DNA from: Lytechinus pictus
Taxonomy: Eukaryota
DNA: 64,000 bases
Direction of reading: 5' to 3'
Assembly (NCBI RefSeq): GCF_037042905.1
Contig: NC_087250.1
Location: 11,410,001 to 11,474,000 of the forward strand
A program made the translations under genes and the position numbers. This document shows positions 52,113-64,000 of this stretch, piece after piece (the stretch's first letter is position 1; each line of letters opens with the position of its first letter). The notes beneath the pieces are model-generated. The model did no database searches. It was given only the letters and a program-made list of their open reading frames with translations, and had not been told where the DNA came from.

Positions 52113-52589
52113 CAGCAGAGAAGGGGGCATAATATTCCACACAAGAAGAAGAGGTGGAGATTTTATTATACATTGATAGGGATGGGATACGCGTGTGCGT
52201 GTGTGTGTGTGTGCGAGGGTGATCGTGTGTGGGTGGGTGTGTGTGTGTGGAATTGGGTTACACTGGGAGAAGGGGAGAGAGTGAGCTAGAAATATGCACG
52301 GAAAGGAGAGGGAAGTATTGGCGGGTACATGTATGTGTGTACAGCGCTCTGTAACTTTTGAAAAGGCGCTTAATAAGAAGTAATTATTGCTATTATCATT
52401 ATTATGAGATGTGTCAGGAGATTCTGCCCCTGGGTTTATATGTCTATAAAGTTATTCCTGGAAATATGGATTTTAGGAATAACGATTCTACTAATCCTAG
52501 AGATATCAATACCATGATTGAAAGTGATAACAATGATAATAGTAATCACGATGGCTGCACAAGTGTGTACCTTAGTGTTGAAATCATGC

Positions 52590-54010
52590 TACGTAGTAAA
52601 GAAAGTGTGTAACATGGTACAGAAAGTATGTTACATAGTGATGAAAGTATGTTACATAGTGAGGAAGGGTGTAACATAGTGATGAAAGTGTGTTACACAG
52701 AAGTGACGGTGTGTTACACCGTGATGAAAGCGTGTAACGTAGTAATAAATGTGTTTAACATAGGATGCAATTGTATAACATAGTAATGAAAATAAAGTGT
52801 TACATAGTGATGAAAGTGTGTAACATTGTGATGCAAGTTTGTAACATAGTGATGAAATGGTGTAACGTTGTGGGGAAAGTGTTCTACATAGTGATGGAAG
52901 TGTGTAACATAGCGGTGACAGCGTGTTACATAATTAAGATATTAACATAATGATTATGGTAATGATACTGATTCAACCAATGATGATGGTGATAATGGTA
53001 CTGATGAGTAACTGCTTTATTTCTTGCAGTATGTTGAATAGGCTTGAAAGAGAAAATATTTGTTGGGAGAAAATGACAAAGTGAATTTCATCACGATGAA
53101 ACAAGATTTTCATCACTATTCTTACTTGCTTTCATCAGTATGTAACACATTAGTCACTATATAACAAGTTTTCATCACTAGGTACCACACTTCCATCATA
53201 AAAAAGATTTTCATCACAAAGTAACACACTTTCATTACTCTTCAACACTATATTAAGCGCTATAACATGCTTTCATCACGATGCAACATGCTTATATCAC
53301 TATGCACACTTTCATCATAACGGAGCATGTTCTTAGCATGATGCCACACACTTTCATCACTATGTGACATGCTTTCATCACTATATTACATGCTTTCATC
53401 ACTAACACACTTTCATCATGATGTAACACATTTTCATCACTATGTTACACACATTCATCACTATGTGGCATGCTTTGATCACTGTATTACATGCTTTGAT
53501 CACTATATTACACACTTTCATCACTATGCAACTCACTTTCATCATGATGTCACACACTTTCATCATTAGTTACACACTTTCATCATTAGTTACACACTTT
53601 CATCACTATGTGACATGCTTTGATCACTATATTACACACTTTCATCACTATGCAACTCACTTTCATCATGATGCAACTCACTTTCATCATGATGAAACAC
53701 ATTTTCATCATAATGTAGCACACTTTCATCACTAGAGTTACACGCTTTCATCACTATGTGACATGCTTTGATCACTATATTACACACTTTCATCACTATG
53801 CAACTCACTTTCATCATGATGCAACTCACTTTCATCATGATGAAACACATTTTCATCATAATGTAGCACACTTTCATCACTAGAGTTACACGCTTTCATT
53901 ACTATGTAACACATTTTCATCACTCACTATGTTTCTAGGTGTCAGCACTATTCATCAAACTCTTCACTGTGTTACAAACCTTCATAAACATACGTAACAC
54001 ACTTTGTAAC
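52590..54010. repeat. Two oppositely oriented arrays of a 21-22 bp minisatellite (ATAGTGATGAAAGTGTGTAAC)
   Basis: Forward array 52590-52930, reverse array 53085-54010, with an exact 148-bp duplication at 53597/53745. Confidence 0.9.
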
Positions 54011-56074
54011 ATCACTCAAAAGAGTATATACTGAAGACCCAGTTTTACTTCAGTTAGTACGCCTAAATCAAGCTTTATTGTAGATATGATAAACTCAAAC
54101 ATGAAAATGAAGGTAAAAATTGATACACAGATATGATTATTTCATAATTATTTCTATGTAATCATTATCCTTTAAAATATTACAAAGGCATTATTTCTTC
54201 CATAAAAAATAAGATATTTAAAGAGATTGAATTCTTGTTTTTGTATTTCATTCGTCAAAGCAAATGAAATATATCTTGTCACCAACCTGTAAATAATCTT
54301 ATCGCTTTTAAATGATTCTTTTTATAAGTTTAAAAAAAAAGAATGAAATAATTCAAACATGATGAGAAAATATAATTTGAAAGTGAAATTGCTATTAAAA
54401 CATAACATGAAAATGATAATAAAAAAACATAAGCATAACAAGCTCAATACATATATGGAGCTTTGATTCTACACATAAATCTACCTATACAAATGTCACC
54501 TGCATTTCAAACTTAGGATCTAGAAAGCAATATGTATAATGATCATTTTTCGCTCACAAAGCAAAATATTGTAATAATTTTCCTGCTAGTATTAAAATAA
54601 CACCTTAAGGGGTTTTCACAATTGCTCGTTCGATCGTTTGCGATCACTTGGTCACAATATATGTTGCACAGAATCGCAACGGTCGTAAGCAGTTGTACCA
54701 CCAATCGTGAAAGGGGCTTAAAAGAGCCAGTGCATCTATTTAATAATTCCTGTAAAAGGTTAGCAATGTCAAATGCAATTCAGTTACCAAACATGCAGTG
54801 ATTTTGATTAATCTTACGATGTACATGTACAGGATTGTTTGGTCTAGAGCGCAAGTTCAACCAGCATGACTAAAGTCTTGACCTACCACAAATTAGGGGT
54901 TGGCTTCAGGTGTGCATTTCATGAAACAAACTGTCACTGACTATTGTTATAAGCTACTGAAATCCTTGCATCTGATTGGCTGAGATCAAATTAGTCAGTG
55001 ATTTGAACTGATAAAAACTTTTCATGAAATGCTCCCCTGGGCACTGTCTTACAAAGAGTTACGATTGATCCAATCAATCGTAGCTGTATGGAAATCCATC
55101 AGTATCAGTTTTTTCTACAGGAAATTTGCAAAATGTCCATTGTAAACAAAGGCAAACACACCAAATTGTCAAGAAATCAATGAATTTATGGATACACGTT
55201 CATATGTAGAATTTTTTTGTCAGACAGGCCACAGGACTCCAATCAGAGAAAATAATATAGATAACACATTATAAATATACATTTGAGAGCAGAAAACGGC
55301 ATTTCTTATACTCAATGCAAGAAGGAGAATCTTCGAGTGCCGTCACTAGAATTACCATAATATTCTTGTTATTGACATATTATCTAGATATTTCATTTCA
55401 ATAAATGTAAACATCATGAACTGTACACAAGTTCTTTTTGTGCCTTAATTGTGCCGGGGAAGTTCATTTTGATGATAAGTTGGCTTTAATACAAAATGAT
55501 TTTTGTAAAATTAATATTGGCAGAGGTTTGAATAAAAATGCATCGAATAAGAGGGATAAGAATTTTTTACGTTTTCAATTTGAGACATCATAATTATGTG
55601 AGCAGCTCTCCCATATATCATGTAATAATTTTTTTTTTTTTCATAGGAATGGAGGGGTATGATAATATATGTCTGATGATATGTCCACCAAATAAATCAA
55701 ATAACTTTCTATTTCTTGAGAAAATGGCATTTTTGAGAATTTATATCACACGACATGTGGAGGAGCTGCTCGTCTGTGATGCCACAAACCAAAACTTTAA
55801 ACATGCATAAACCCTATTGTTCTTTAACGGCTTTCCATCAAACATTCACCAATATTTTTTTCTTTAATTTGTCTTTTTTTTAACCAACTTATCCTCAGGG
55901 TGAAACTCCCCTTTAATACTGGCAAAAAGAAAAATGCATTTAGATCTGACATCAACACGTTTTTTCATTTTTTTTTCTTCACCAACAACAAATGTACACA
56001 ACAATATCAAATCCAGGAAAGAAATGATTATGTTTCTATTCTAATAATGAGCAGAAGACAAAATATGCAGTTAT

Positions 56075-56840
56075 CCCTGCTGGATGGAACAGTGTCCCAC
56101 AGTGTATTCAGTGTGTTCACAGTGTGTTAACAGTGTGTTTACAGTGTGTTCAGTGTGTTTACAGTGTATTCACAGTGTGCTCACGGTGTGATCACAGTGT
56201 GCTAACAGTGTGTCCACCGTATATTGTGTGTCCACCGTATATTTAGTGTTTTTTCAGGGTATGTTCACAGTGTGTTTGCAGTGTGTTCACAGTATGTTAA
56301 CAGTGTGTCCACCGTATGTTCAGTGTATTCAGGGTGTGTTCAGTGTGTTCACAGAATGTTCAGTGTATTCACAGTGTGTTCACAGGGTGTTCACAGTGTA
56401 CTCATGGTGTGTTCACATAGTGTTCACAATGTTTTCACGGTAAATTCAGAGAGGAACAGTGTGGAGTGCAGTATGTTCAGTGTGTTCATGGTGCATTTAA
56501 AGTGTGTGTTCAAAGTATCATCAGAATATTTAGTGTGGAACACAGCGCGATGACAGAGTGTTTATAGTATGGAACAGAGTGAAACTGCCTTCACACTATT
56601 AGAATGCTCAAATTGAACATTATGAACCTCATATTCACAAAGTCCACTACTTGAACACGCTATAAACCCTCAATGTCGAGTGTGAAAACTTCTTCACACG
56701 TTCCACTTTGAGTACTTTCACACTGTGGGACACATCTTCACATAGCGAACTATGTGAACACACTGAACACACACACTATCAAGGACTCCAAAGTGTGAAA
56801 TCATGTTCACATTGTGCTCCAAACCTCATATTTACAGGGG
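56075..56840. repeat. 11-bp (CACAGTGTGTT) minisatellite with an inverted degenerate array, bounded by CCCTG...CAGGG
   Basis: Forward array 56088-56560; reverse-type units 56590-56815. Confidence 0.75.
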
Positions 56841-57056
56841 GCTCCATGCGAATCACACCTGTAATCTTTCTAGCAGGGATATTGCATGTATTTCCCTTCT
56901 TTTTCTGAGTCTGCTGTTGGAATTATGATCTATTTTTCAGGAAAGCTCAATACACACTGGGTTTTGAAATAAAATATCTATATATCAAGAAATTATAAAA
57001 TGCTATTATTCGGCAGAAATTCAATATTCCACTCCCATCGCACAGTCAAGCTTTTC

Positions 57057-57264
57057 TTAGCGAGCTTTCATCCGGCCGCTTCGTCGTCTCTCCGGTTCAG
57101 GTTCATTTTCAGAAGGACCTCTTCGTCTACTTCGTCGTCCTCCTGGTTCCGCCTTGTCAGAGGAGGTCGATGATGTCGGCTGGGAATCAACCGGTGGTCG
57201 ACGACTAACCGGTTTCTGGTCGACCTGGGGCGAGGTGATATTCCAGAGCCTAGGTTTCGGAGCT
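57057..57264 (-). CDS. NCAPD3: NCAPD3 terminal coding exon (APKPRLWNITSP...GRMKAR*)
   Basis: TTTTTCCAG acceptor in phase 2, WNITSP resembles vertebrate WNVRSP, stop TAA at 57059-57057. Confidence 0.88.
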
Positions 57265-57847
57265 CTGGAAAAAGGAACATTCAGGAGAAAAACAGAACAT
57301 AACAAAATGTTAAACATTTGATAACACACAAAGAAATCTCCAAGAGTCACCTCAAATGTTTGGCTACTGACTACAGCCGTTCTCAGCGATGTGACCCGAT
57401 TTGAACTTAGTGACGTAGTGATTGATGATTAGGTCACAGAATTTTGGAAGCTTTTATCACCCTCTGTCCCTGTTGGGAGGAGGTTTGAATGCCCGGATGT
57501 AGACTGCTTCTTTTATGCTTCTCTTTTAGTACTGCGGTTCTCTGTCCAACAAATGAACTGTCATGATCGCATAACAAAACATGTTGCAGAGTCAATTTTG
57601 CTCTCAACACACTGACAAAACCTCAAACCTCTCAACAAAGACAAAGGGCAGTATGAGCTTCCAAAAGTCAAGTTCTTCAATATCCACGTATCAAACTCCA
57701 CTATGTATATGTGAATACATGAGCTGTTTATGAACCAAATTTTTAAATGAAGTGGAAATTAGAACAACTGGTATTAGCCTAAATGAGAATTAGACTATGA
57801 AGGTATTGGATTAGTTAGAGTGTAGACCAATGGAATTATTCCAATTT

Positions 57848-58105
57848 ACTGGTGTGTTGGCTCAGTAGAGCGTCCGTCTCACAACCGAGAGATCCAGAGT
57901 TCCAACCCCAGCTTCGTCAGACCAAAAGACGTTAAAAGAAGGGAGTTTCTGCTACCCTGTTTGGCGTTCAATCATTCAAGGGATTGAGCTACCTGGATCC
58001 GGCACTGCACAGCGGCTGCCCGGCCCACGATCAATTGAGCATAACAATTTTGAACAATTTCTAATTCAGATTTCATTTCTGACAATAAAATATGGGTTTT
58101 CGTTT
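57848..58105 (+). mobile_element. tRNA-derived SINE, third family
   Basis: TGGCTCAGTAGAGCG A box, degenerate GAGTTCCAACC B box, (TTTTCA)n tail. Confidence 0.7.
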
Positions 58106-58139
58106 TTCATTTTCATTTGATAGTACACCAATAGACCAA

Positions 58140-58507
58140 GGGTGTGTTCAATGTCGGTTTCAAAATCTAAATGGCAACAAGTATCATGATTTAAAACATG
58201 ATTACAAAATGCAGATATGAGAAACAAAGGGCGTGTTCAATGTCCATTATTCCGGGTCATAAAAGTAAACGTCTTTCAAATCACGATTCTGAGGAAAATT
58301 TGAACGTCGAAGAAGATGCGTTTGTAAACACGATCAGCTCATATTTACGACCTTAAACATCGCGAATGCGACATGTATGCTGGAAATTTAAAACAATCAA
58401 CATATAACGGTACACTGCTGATCGTGTTTGTGTTTGGTGTTTTGGAATTGAGTTTTCAATCATGATTCATGTTGCTGTTTAAATTTGAAAATCGACATTG
58501 AACACGA
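58140..58507. mobile_element. MITE with about 50-bp TIR (GTGTTCAATGTCG...) in the last NCAPD3 intron
   Basis: Inverted ends GTGTTCAATGTCG / CGACATTGAACAC. Confidence 0.75.
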
Positions 58508-58534
58508 ATTGTGGGAAGGATAGAAGCTACTCAC

Positions 58535-58625
58535 GGTTGTTCTGGTGAGAACATGAGAACCAGATTTTCTTTCTTGATCTGAATTTCTTCATGCGAGTCC
58601 AGCTGGGGTACCCAACTCTTAGTAC
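58535..58625 (-). CDS. NCAPD3: NCAPD3 exon (GTKSWVPQLDSHEEIQIKKENLVLMFSPEQP)
   Basis: TAG acceptor, GTGAGT donor, phase 1/2. Confidence 0.85.
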
Positions 58626-58800
58626 CTAGAATGGAAAAAAAAAAATATATATATATATGTACATGTCTGACAGTTAACAGTGGAAGCAGTCAGTATCAAT
58701 CGATCAAAATCATTGTGATAGCACCCCACCCCCCCTTACTCAGCAAGAGCCAAGTTAAAATAGGTTACGATAAGCCAACTCAGAGAATTTGATGACAAAC

Positions 58801-58960
58801 CTTTTGAAGGGCGTTGGTCACTGTAGACCCTGATCGGTAGTGATGTCGGGATCGGGGACGAGAGAGGAATGATGCTCATATCCATTGGAGCTTGGAAAGT
58901 TATGTTCGCAATTGTCTTATCGGGTGTGCTGATAGCTCGTTGGATATCTGGCTCGCTCTC
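58801..58960 (-). CDS. NCAPD3: NCAPD3 exon (ESEPDIQRAISTPDKTIANITF...)
   Basis: CAG acceptor, AAG|GTTTGT donor, phase 0/1; contains the conserved RAISTP motif. Confidence 0.9.
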
Positions 58961-59213
58961 CTGTTTACCCCCGAAAAATAAGAAAAATTAAAATAATTGT
59001 GACAATATAAACTCTATTTCATAACAAGGAAATTTGTAAGCAAATTTCTCCATTATTATTTTCAATACAATTCACTTATTTCTCAAGTAAAGATATTAAA
59101 ACAACACAAGATGCATAAATTATCCATGACCAATTCAACCAATAGCATTTCTGATTGGTATCATTTACACAATCGAGTTCTTTGTTCATACATTTTGACA
59201 AAAGTTTGGTCAC

Positions 59214-59604
59214 CTTTGACGTATTCTGATCACACGACTCCCTGAGCGGCGATCGCAGACTGGACTCCGGAGAGGTGTCCTCGCTGACCCGTACACGTCG
59301 TACCCTCTCCTCGATTCCCGTACTGGCCCCGCCCTCGTCCTCCACCACTCCATCTTTCGCCCCTCCAGGTAGGGGCCTAGCCGGTGGAGGGGTACCATCA
59401 CTCCCCCTTCTAGCCTGGGGCCTACGCGGTGGAGGGGTACCATCGCTCGCCCCTCCAGCTTGGGGCCGTGGAGGGGTGCCACCCTGCACCCTCGGGCTGG
59501 CGTTGGCACCAGGCGTGTTGCTCCCGGGGGTGTTGGCACGCCTGGCGGTCGCAAAGGCTCGCCGGGCAGAGTTCACTATGGCCTGGGCAGCAAGGAGTCT
59601 CTCT
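59214..59604 (-). CDS. NCAPD3: NCAPD3 exon (ERLLAAQAIVNSARRA... low-complexity tail)
   Basis: TTCTTCTAG acceptor, AAG|GTGACC donor, phase 2/0; within ORF 59076-59684. Confidence 0.85.
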
Positions 59605-60492
59605 CTAGAAGAAGAAAAAAATGGAGATGAGGATGAGAACAAGAACATCTTATGGAGGACCAGGGAACTAGGAAACTGTTTCATAAAGAGTTAAAACAAC
59701 TATGGTAACTTTGCCATAAAGGCAAACAATATGGTAATATGGCTCAAGGTTTGCATGATACTTTGCGTTGTGGCATAGTAATTGAAGTAAGCATCAAATA
59801 CAAGGATTCCCAACGAGGCCGGAGCCGGAACGATAACTAAAGCCCAGGTAAAGGCATCCTGCTCTTAAAAATATTAGGCACATTCAGACCAACTCGAGGT
59901 TCAAGAATACCAGATATTCCCTGATCGGGAAATATACCCCGATCTACCCCGATCAGAAAATACCAGGCTATTTTTGGCAGTGTGAAAGCAATATATTTGT
60001 AATATTCTTGAAAGTAAATGCCCGTTAAGTCACAGGTACTTTTCCAAATTACAAGAACTTTTGCAGGCATTTTTCCAAGGTCATAGGATATCTTGCAGTG
60101 TGAAAGAAAATAAAGAGAACTTTATCAACCCCGCAAGTAGTTTGGTACGGGTGTCATTGGGCTGTTGAACTTCCAATTTTGAATCCATTGCCTCTCCTAA
60201 TTCGACCATACAACTCATGCTCGTATCTTTGAGAACTAACCCTGAGATGTTCTACTTGGAGTCGGTGTAATCGAGTAAAATAATGTTAGCCAGGATAAGT
60301 TCTTGTAATTCCATGGGTATGATGATCAAGGTCTGAATATGCTATATTCTATTACGTGTTACATAAACGTTATATTAAATATTATTACAATTATTAATTC
60401 AAAAAGATCAAGGGGGTTGGATTTATACTTTATGGAATTGGCCAGATCCAATTGAAGCCACTCTCCCGCTGATAATTTCACGGAAAACTTAC

Positions 60493-60590
60493 TTGGTCGG
60501 GGCAACCTTGCTTGTCGGTGTCTTAGGGCTCTGTCCAGCAACCCTTGGCGAACGGCCTGCCACGGACCTTGGTGAAAGAAGCTGTGGTGT
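60493..60590 (-). CDS. NCAPD3: NCAPD3 exon (TPQLLSPRSVAGRSPRVAGQSPKTPTSKVAPT)
   Basis: Pyrimidine tract + AAG acceptor, GTAAGT donor, phase 0/2 compatible with neighbours; S/T-P rich. Confidence 0.8.
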
Positions 60591-61054
60591 CTTAAAAATT
60601 GAAGCAAAAATAAGAAATGCAATGTGAAATCAATACTTAGGACATGTTCAACTTTTTAAATTGAAACCTATTTCATTTATTTTTTATCATTTTTTTTTTC
60701 ATTGAACTATTTAATATCAAGCTCATTTCGTTTTTTATTCCTTATTTCTTTGAAAAGGGGCAGGTTTATGCAATCATTTAAAAAAATGATGATTTACAAT
60801 GATGGCAATATGACCAGTTATTCCTCTGAAATTGTTATTACAATATTCTTGTTAAATGACACATTAAAAAATTTAAAGCACACAATTTTTACTTGCCATG
60901 ATTCATATAACAGGATTTTCCCCTCAATTAGGTGCCTAAAATAATAGGGGTTAAAGTTTACCTTAGATGATAGAGATTGCATTCATTCAATCTTTCCCAT
61001 GAACATACTCTACTCCCTGAGGAGTAATAGGAGCTAGTTTACCTAAGCCATCAA

Positions 61055-61618
61055 AGAACAAGTCCACCCAAACAAAAAGTTGATTTGAATTAAAAAAGAG
61101 AAAAATCCAACAAGCATAACACTGAAAATTTCATCAAAATCGGAAGTAAAATAAAAAAGTTATGACATTTTAAAGTTTATCTTAGTTTCACAAAATAGTT
61201 ATATGCACACCCCGGTCAGTATGCAAATGAGGAGACCGATGACGTCATCCACTCACTATCTCTTTTGTATTTTATTATATGAAATACGAAATATTCTAAT
61301 TTTCTCCTCATTGTCAAGTGAAACAACGATTAATTACTCCTGAACATGTGGAATTAGCATTGTTTAATACTACATGGTTAAATAAAATATAAAATAAAAA
61401 TAAAAAACAAAAGAAATAGTGAGTGGTAGACATCATGGACTGTCTCATTTGCATGCCACTGGGTTGTGCATATCACTGTTTAGTGAAAAATAAGTGAAAT
61501 TTTAAAACGCCATAACTTTCTTATTTTACATCTGATTTTGATGAAATTTTCAGCATTATGCTAGTTTGATTTTTCTCTATTTATTCCAATCAACATTTTT
61601 CTGGGGTGTACTTGACCT
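61055..61618. mobile_element. Copy of the 4288-4891 MITE family in an NCAPD3 intron
   Basis: Colinear similarity; TGGGGTGTACTTGACCT|TTAA end. Confidence 0.9.
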
Positions 61619-61798
61619 TTAATAATTACATTCAATAGATCTTTACTATGAAGAATGCATGCACATACTTCACTCACTGAGGAGTAGTCGGAGCGAGTTT
61701 ACCTTGGGTGTTGGTAATTAGATCTAACCAGTCTTGACTGCATTACATGTATGCACATTCTCCGCCCCCTGGGGAAGAGTACCACAGTTGATGTTTAC

Positions 61799-61989
61799 CT
61801 TGGTTAGTCCTGGAGTAGCTGGTTTCTGCACCCCTTCTGCCGTGGGCGCCTCCTTTCCGGCCTTGCCTGGCGTATTGGCCTTGTCTTTCTCCTGGACGGC
61901 TTGCTTGGCGGCTTCCGCCTGCTGTTCATCAAACTTGCGAAGGTCAAACTCGATCTCCGAGGCCAGCTGACGATCGGCCGCAAGAATGT
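61799..61989 (-). CDS. NCAPD3: NCAPD3 exon (DILAADRQLASEIEFDLRKFDEQQ...)
   Basis: CAG acceptor, AAG|GTAAAC donor, phase 1/0; matches the DKQLASELEYDMKKY motif. Confidence 0.92.
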
Positions 61990-62482
61990 CTGTAAGGAGA
62001 AAGGACAGGGTCCCGTAACACAAAGATTAGCGATTAATCAATGCTTGATTTCTTATGATTAATTGCACATTGTAGTCAATGCAATCAATCGTAAAAAAAT
62101 GTTATACAATGATTGCTAAGCTTTGTGTCACAGCCACCAGGTGAAAACTGTGGTCAGATAGAATTACCAATTTGACTTGTGCACTATGAAGCCCATGGCA
62201 GGTGGATTATATTAAAAGATGACTTGGAAACCATTCAGTTATGGCAATTATTTTGAAAGCCAAATGAAACCCGTGTCTAACCCGTTAATTTTACTTTTTC
62301 TTTAACAAAATACTCACCTGTCAAGAGGTAGCTTATACATGTATAGTTCCCGATTGTCAATTTCACTGTATCTTTATGAATTCACAGTAAAGGATTAAAG
62401 TGGGAATGTGATAAGATAGGCGTCAGGATCATTTGGCCCAATAAATTTGATACATGAGGAATATAAAGACATGAAGAAATAC

Positions 62483-62567
62483 CTTTGATTTCATTGCGAT
62501 ACTCCTTCATCAGTTCCTTCAAATAGAGCATCAGGTCACCTAGCAGCGGAGAATGCTTCTCCTCCAG
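62483..62567 (-). CDS. NCAPD3: NCAPD3 exon (LEEKHSPLLGDLMLYLKELMKEYRNEIK)
   Basis: TAG acceptor, AAG|GTATTT donor, phase 0/1; matches the [20 protein letters not shown] region. Confidence 0.92.
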
Positions 62568-62619
62568 CTAATAGGATATGGAGTAAAAAAGAGGATTCCA
62601 ATTTTCAGCATTTCAAAAA

Positions 62620-63185
62620 AATCACCATCCTCATCATCAACACTATGATAATCATCATCTTCAATATAATCACCATGATAATCATCACCATCCTCCTCCT
62701 CTTTCTCCTCCTCCTCATCACCATCATCATCCTCATCATCATCATCACCACCATCATTATCACCATCCTCCTATTCTTCATCATCTTTACCATAATCATC
62801 ATCATCAATTACTCTGCTTCTTTACCATCATCATCACCATCATCATCAACATCATCATCATCATCATCATAATCACCACCACCACCATCATCATCATCAT
62901 CACCACCATCATCACCATCCTCCTATTCTTCATCATCTTTTCCATAATCATCATCATCAATTCACCATCATCATCTGATTCTTCTTTACCATCATCATGG
63001 TCATCATCATCATTATCACCATCATCATTATCATCATTATCACCATCATCATCATCACCATCTCCATCATCTTCATCGTCGGCTTCTTCTTTACCATCAT
63101 CATGGTCATCATCATCATTATCACCCTCATCATTATCATCATTATCATCATAATCATCATCATGAAATCATCATTATCATCATCG
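62620..63185. repeat. (CAT)n microsatellite in an NCAPD3 intron
   Basis: Read directly. Confidence 0.95.
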
Positions 63186-63533
63186 TCAGTTCATTTCAAG
63201 AACGGGACTAATAAGCTGAGGGACAGACAACAAAACACAATGAGACCGCCATCAATTTCCAGCTTAACGGCTCACGATGTCTGTCTCCTGTGTTCATCAA
63301 TTACATGTGTTTGTTATACATAAAAGTGAAGTTTAGGCTCACAAATGTTATTTTCTATTCATTATGTATTATGACTATATTGTGGATTATTTTGTATATT
63401 GTCTGAGTAAGCATGTTCTACATGATGTATTGTACTATTTTGAAAGCAGAAATAAAAGCGAACAAGCTACCAATGCCTAAGATAGACCCGAGGTATAAAA
63501 AAATTAAGCTAAAAACATGTCAGTTCATCTTAC

Positions 63534-63707
63534 CATGTGCTTGAGGGCGATGATAACGGGGATGATGTTCTCGATGACGTTCTTCTTGACGACCTGGGAG
63601 ATGAGTTTGGTCTTCGCCTGGGCCATGACGGCTTCGGCCATCTGCATCTCCTCAACGATGTCATCAGGGTTTGCTTGCTTGGAGTGGAGGGAGGCTAGCT
63701 TGATCTC
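63534..63707 (-). CDS. NCAPD3: Condensin-2 complex subunit D3, exon (EIKLASLHSK...KLISQVVKKNVIENIIPVIIALKHM); gene continues beyond the window
   Basis: AG/GT bounded, 58 codons; resembles vertebrate CAP-D3 [24 protein letters not shown] as recalled. Confidence 0.93.
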
Positions 63708-64000
63708 CTGTTAAACAAAATAATGTTGTAATTTAGACAATGCACTACACATCCTATTCAATTTCAGAGCTATTTAAACTATTCATTCTTTCAATTCATT
63801 CATTCAAGACTTTATTATGTATTGAAAGTAGAGAGTAGAACAAGGGATGAAATAATCACACTAAAATTATACTAGAAATAGACAATGAATACACAAAACA
63901 AAATGACAGCAATGCATGAAAATGCAATGGAGATATTTACAAATGGCAATATTAGTAACTTGTTTCAACATAGGAGAAAGATCGCCAGCAAAAAGAAGAA

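Noticed and set aside
53001..53030. Other CTGATGA occurrences (e.g. 1165, 40678, 41023, 53001)
   Set aside because: No stem II, GAAA and stem I pairing seen; not hammerheads.
52590..54010. CRISPR-like regular repeats
   Set aside because: No unique spacers, no cas genes, eukaryotic context; a minisatellite.
62605..63323. Met/Ile-rich ORFs in an NCAPD3 intron
   Set aside because: (CAT)n microsatellite translations.

Overview
AT-rich, intron-containing animal DNA; the repeat landscape suggests a marine invertebrate such as a sea urchin (inference only). Three protein-coding genes can be reconstructed. (1) A minus-strand C2H2 zinc-finger gene with one coding exon (ATG 11195 to stop 10029, 388 aa, 11 C2H2 + 1 C2HC finger) and probable non-coding upstream exons. 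(2) A plus-strand 336-aa four-transmembrane protein (4 coding exons, 37015-45063) with Cys-rich cytoplasmic ends and a large extracellular loop built from 12 tandem N-x-T pentapeptides. (3) The last 8 exons of NCAPD3 (condensin II subunit D3) on the minus strand (63707-57057; the 5' part lies outside the window). The rest is a dense, often nested mix of TTAA-flanked Kolobok/piggyBac-like MITEs, hairpin MITEs, HINE/DINE-like elements, tRNA-derived SINEs, L2/CR1 LINE 3' fragments and micro/minisatellites. The two most notable items are a head-to-head pair of Penelope-type minimal hammerhead ribozyme motifs in a probable intron of the zinc-finger gene, and the glycan-brush tetraspan protein. All calls were made by eye; no database searches were run.
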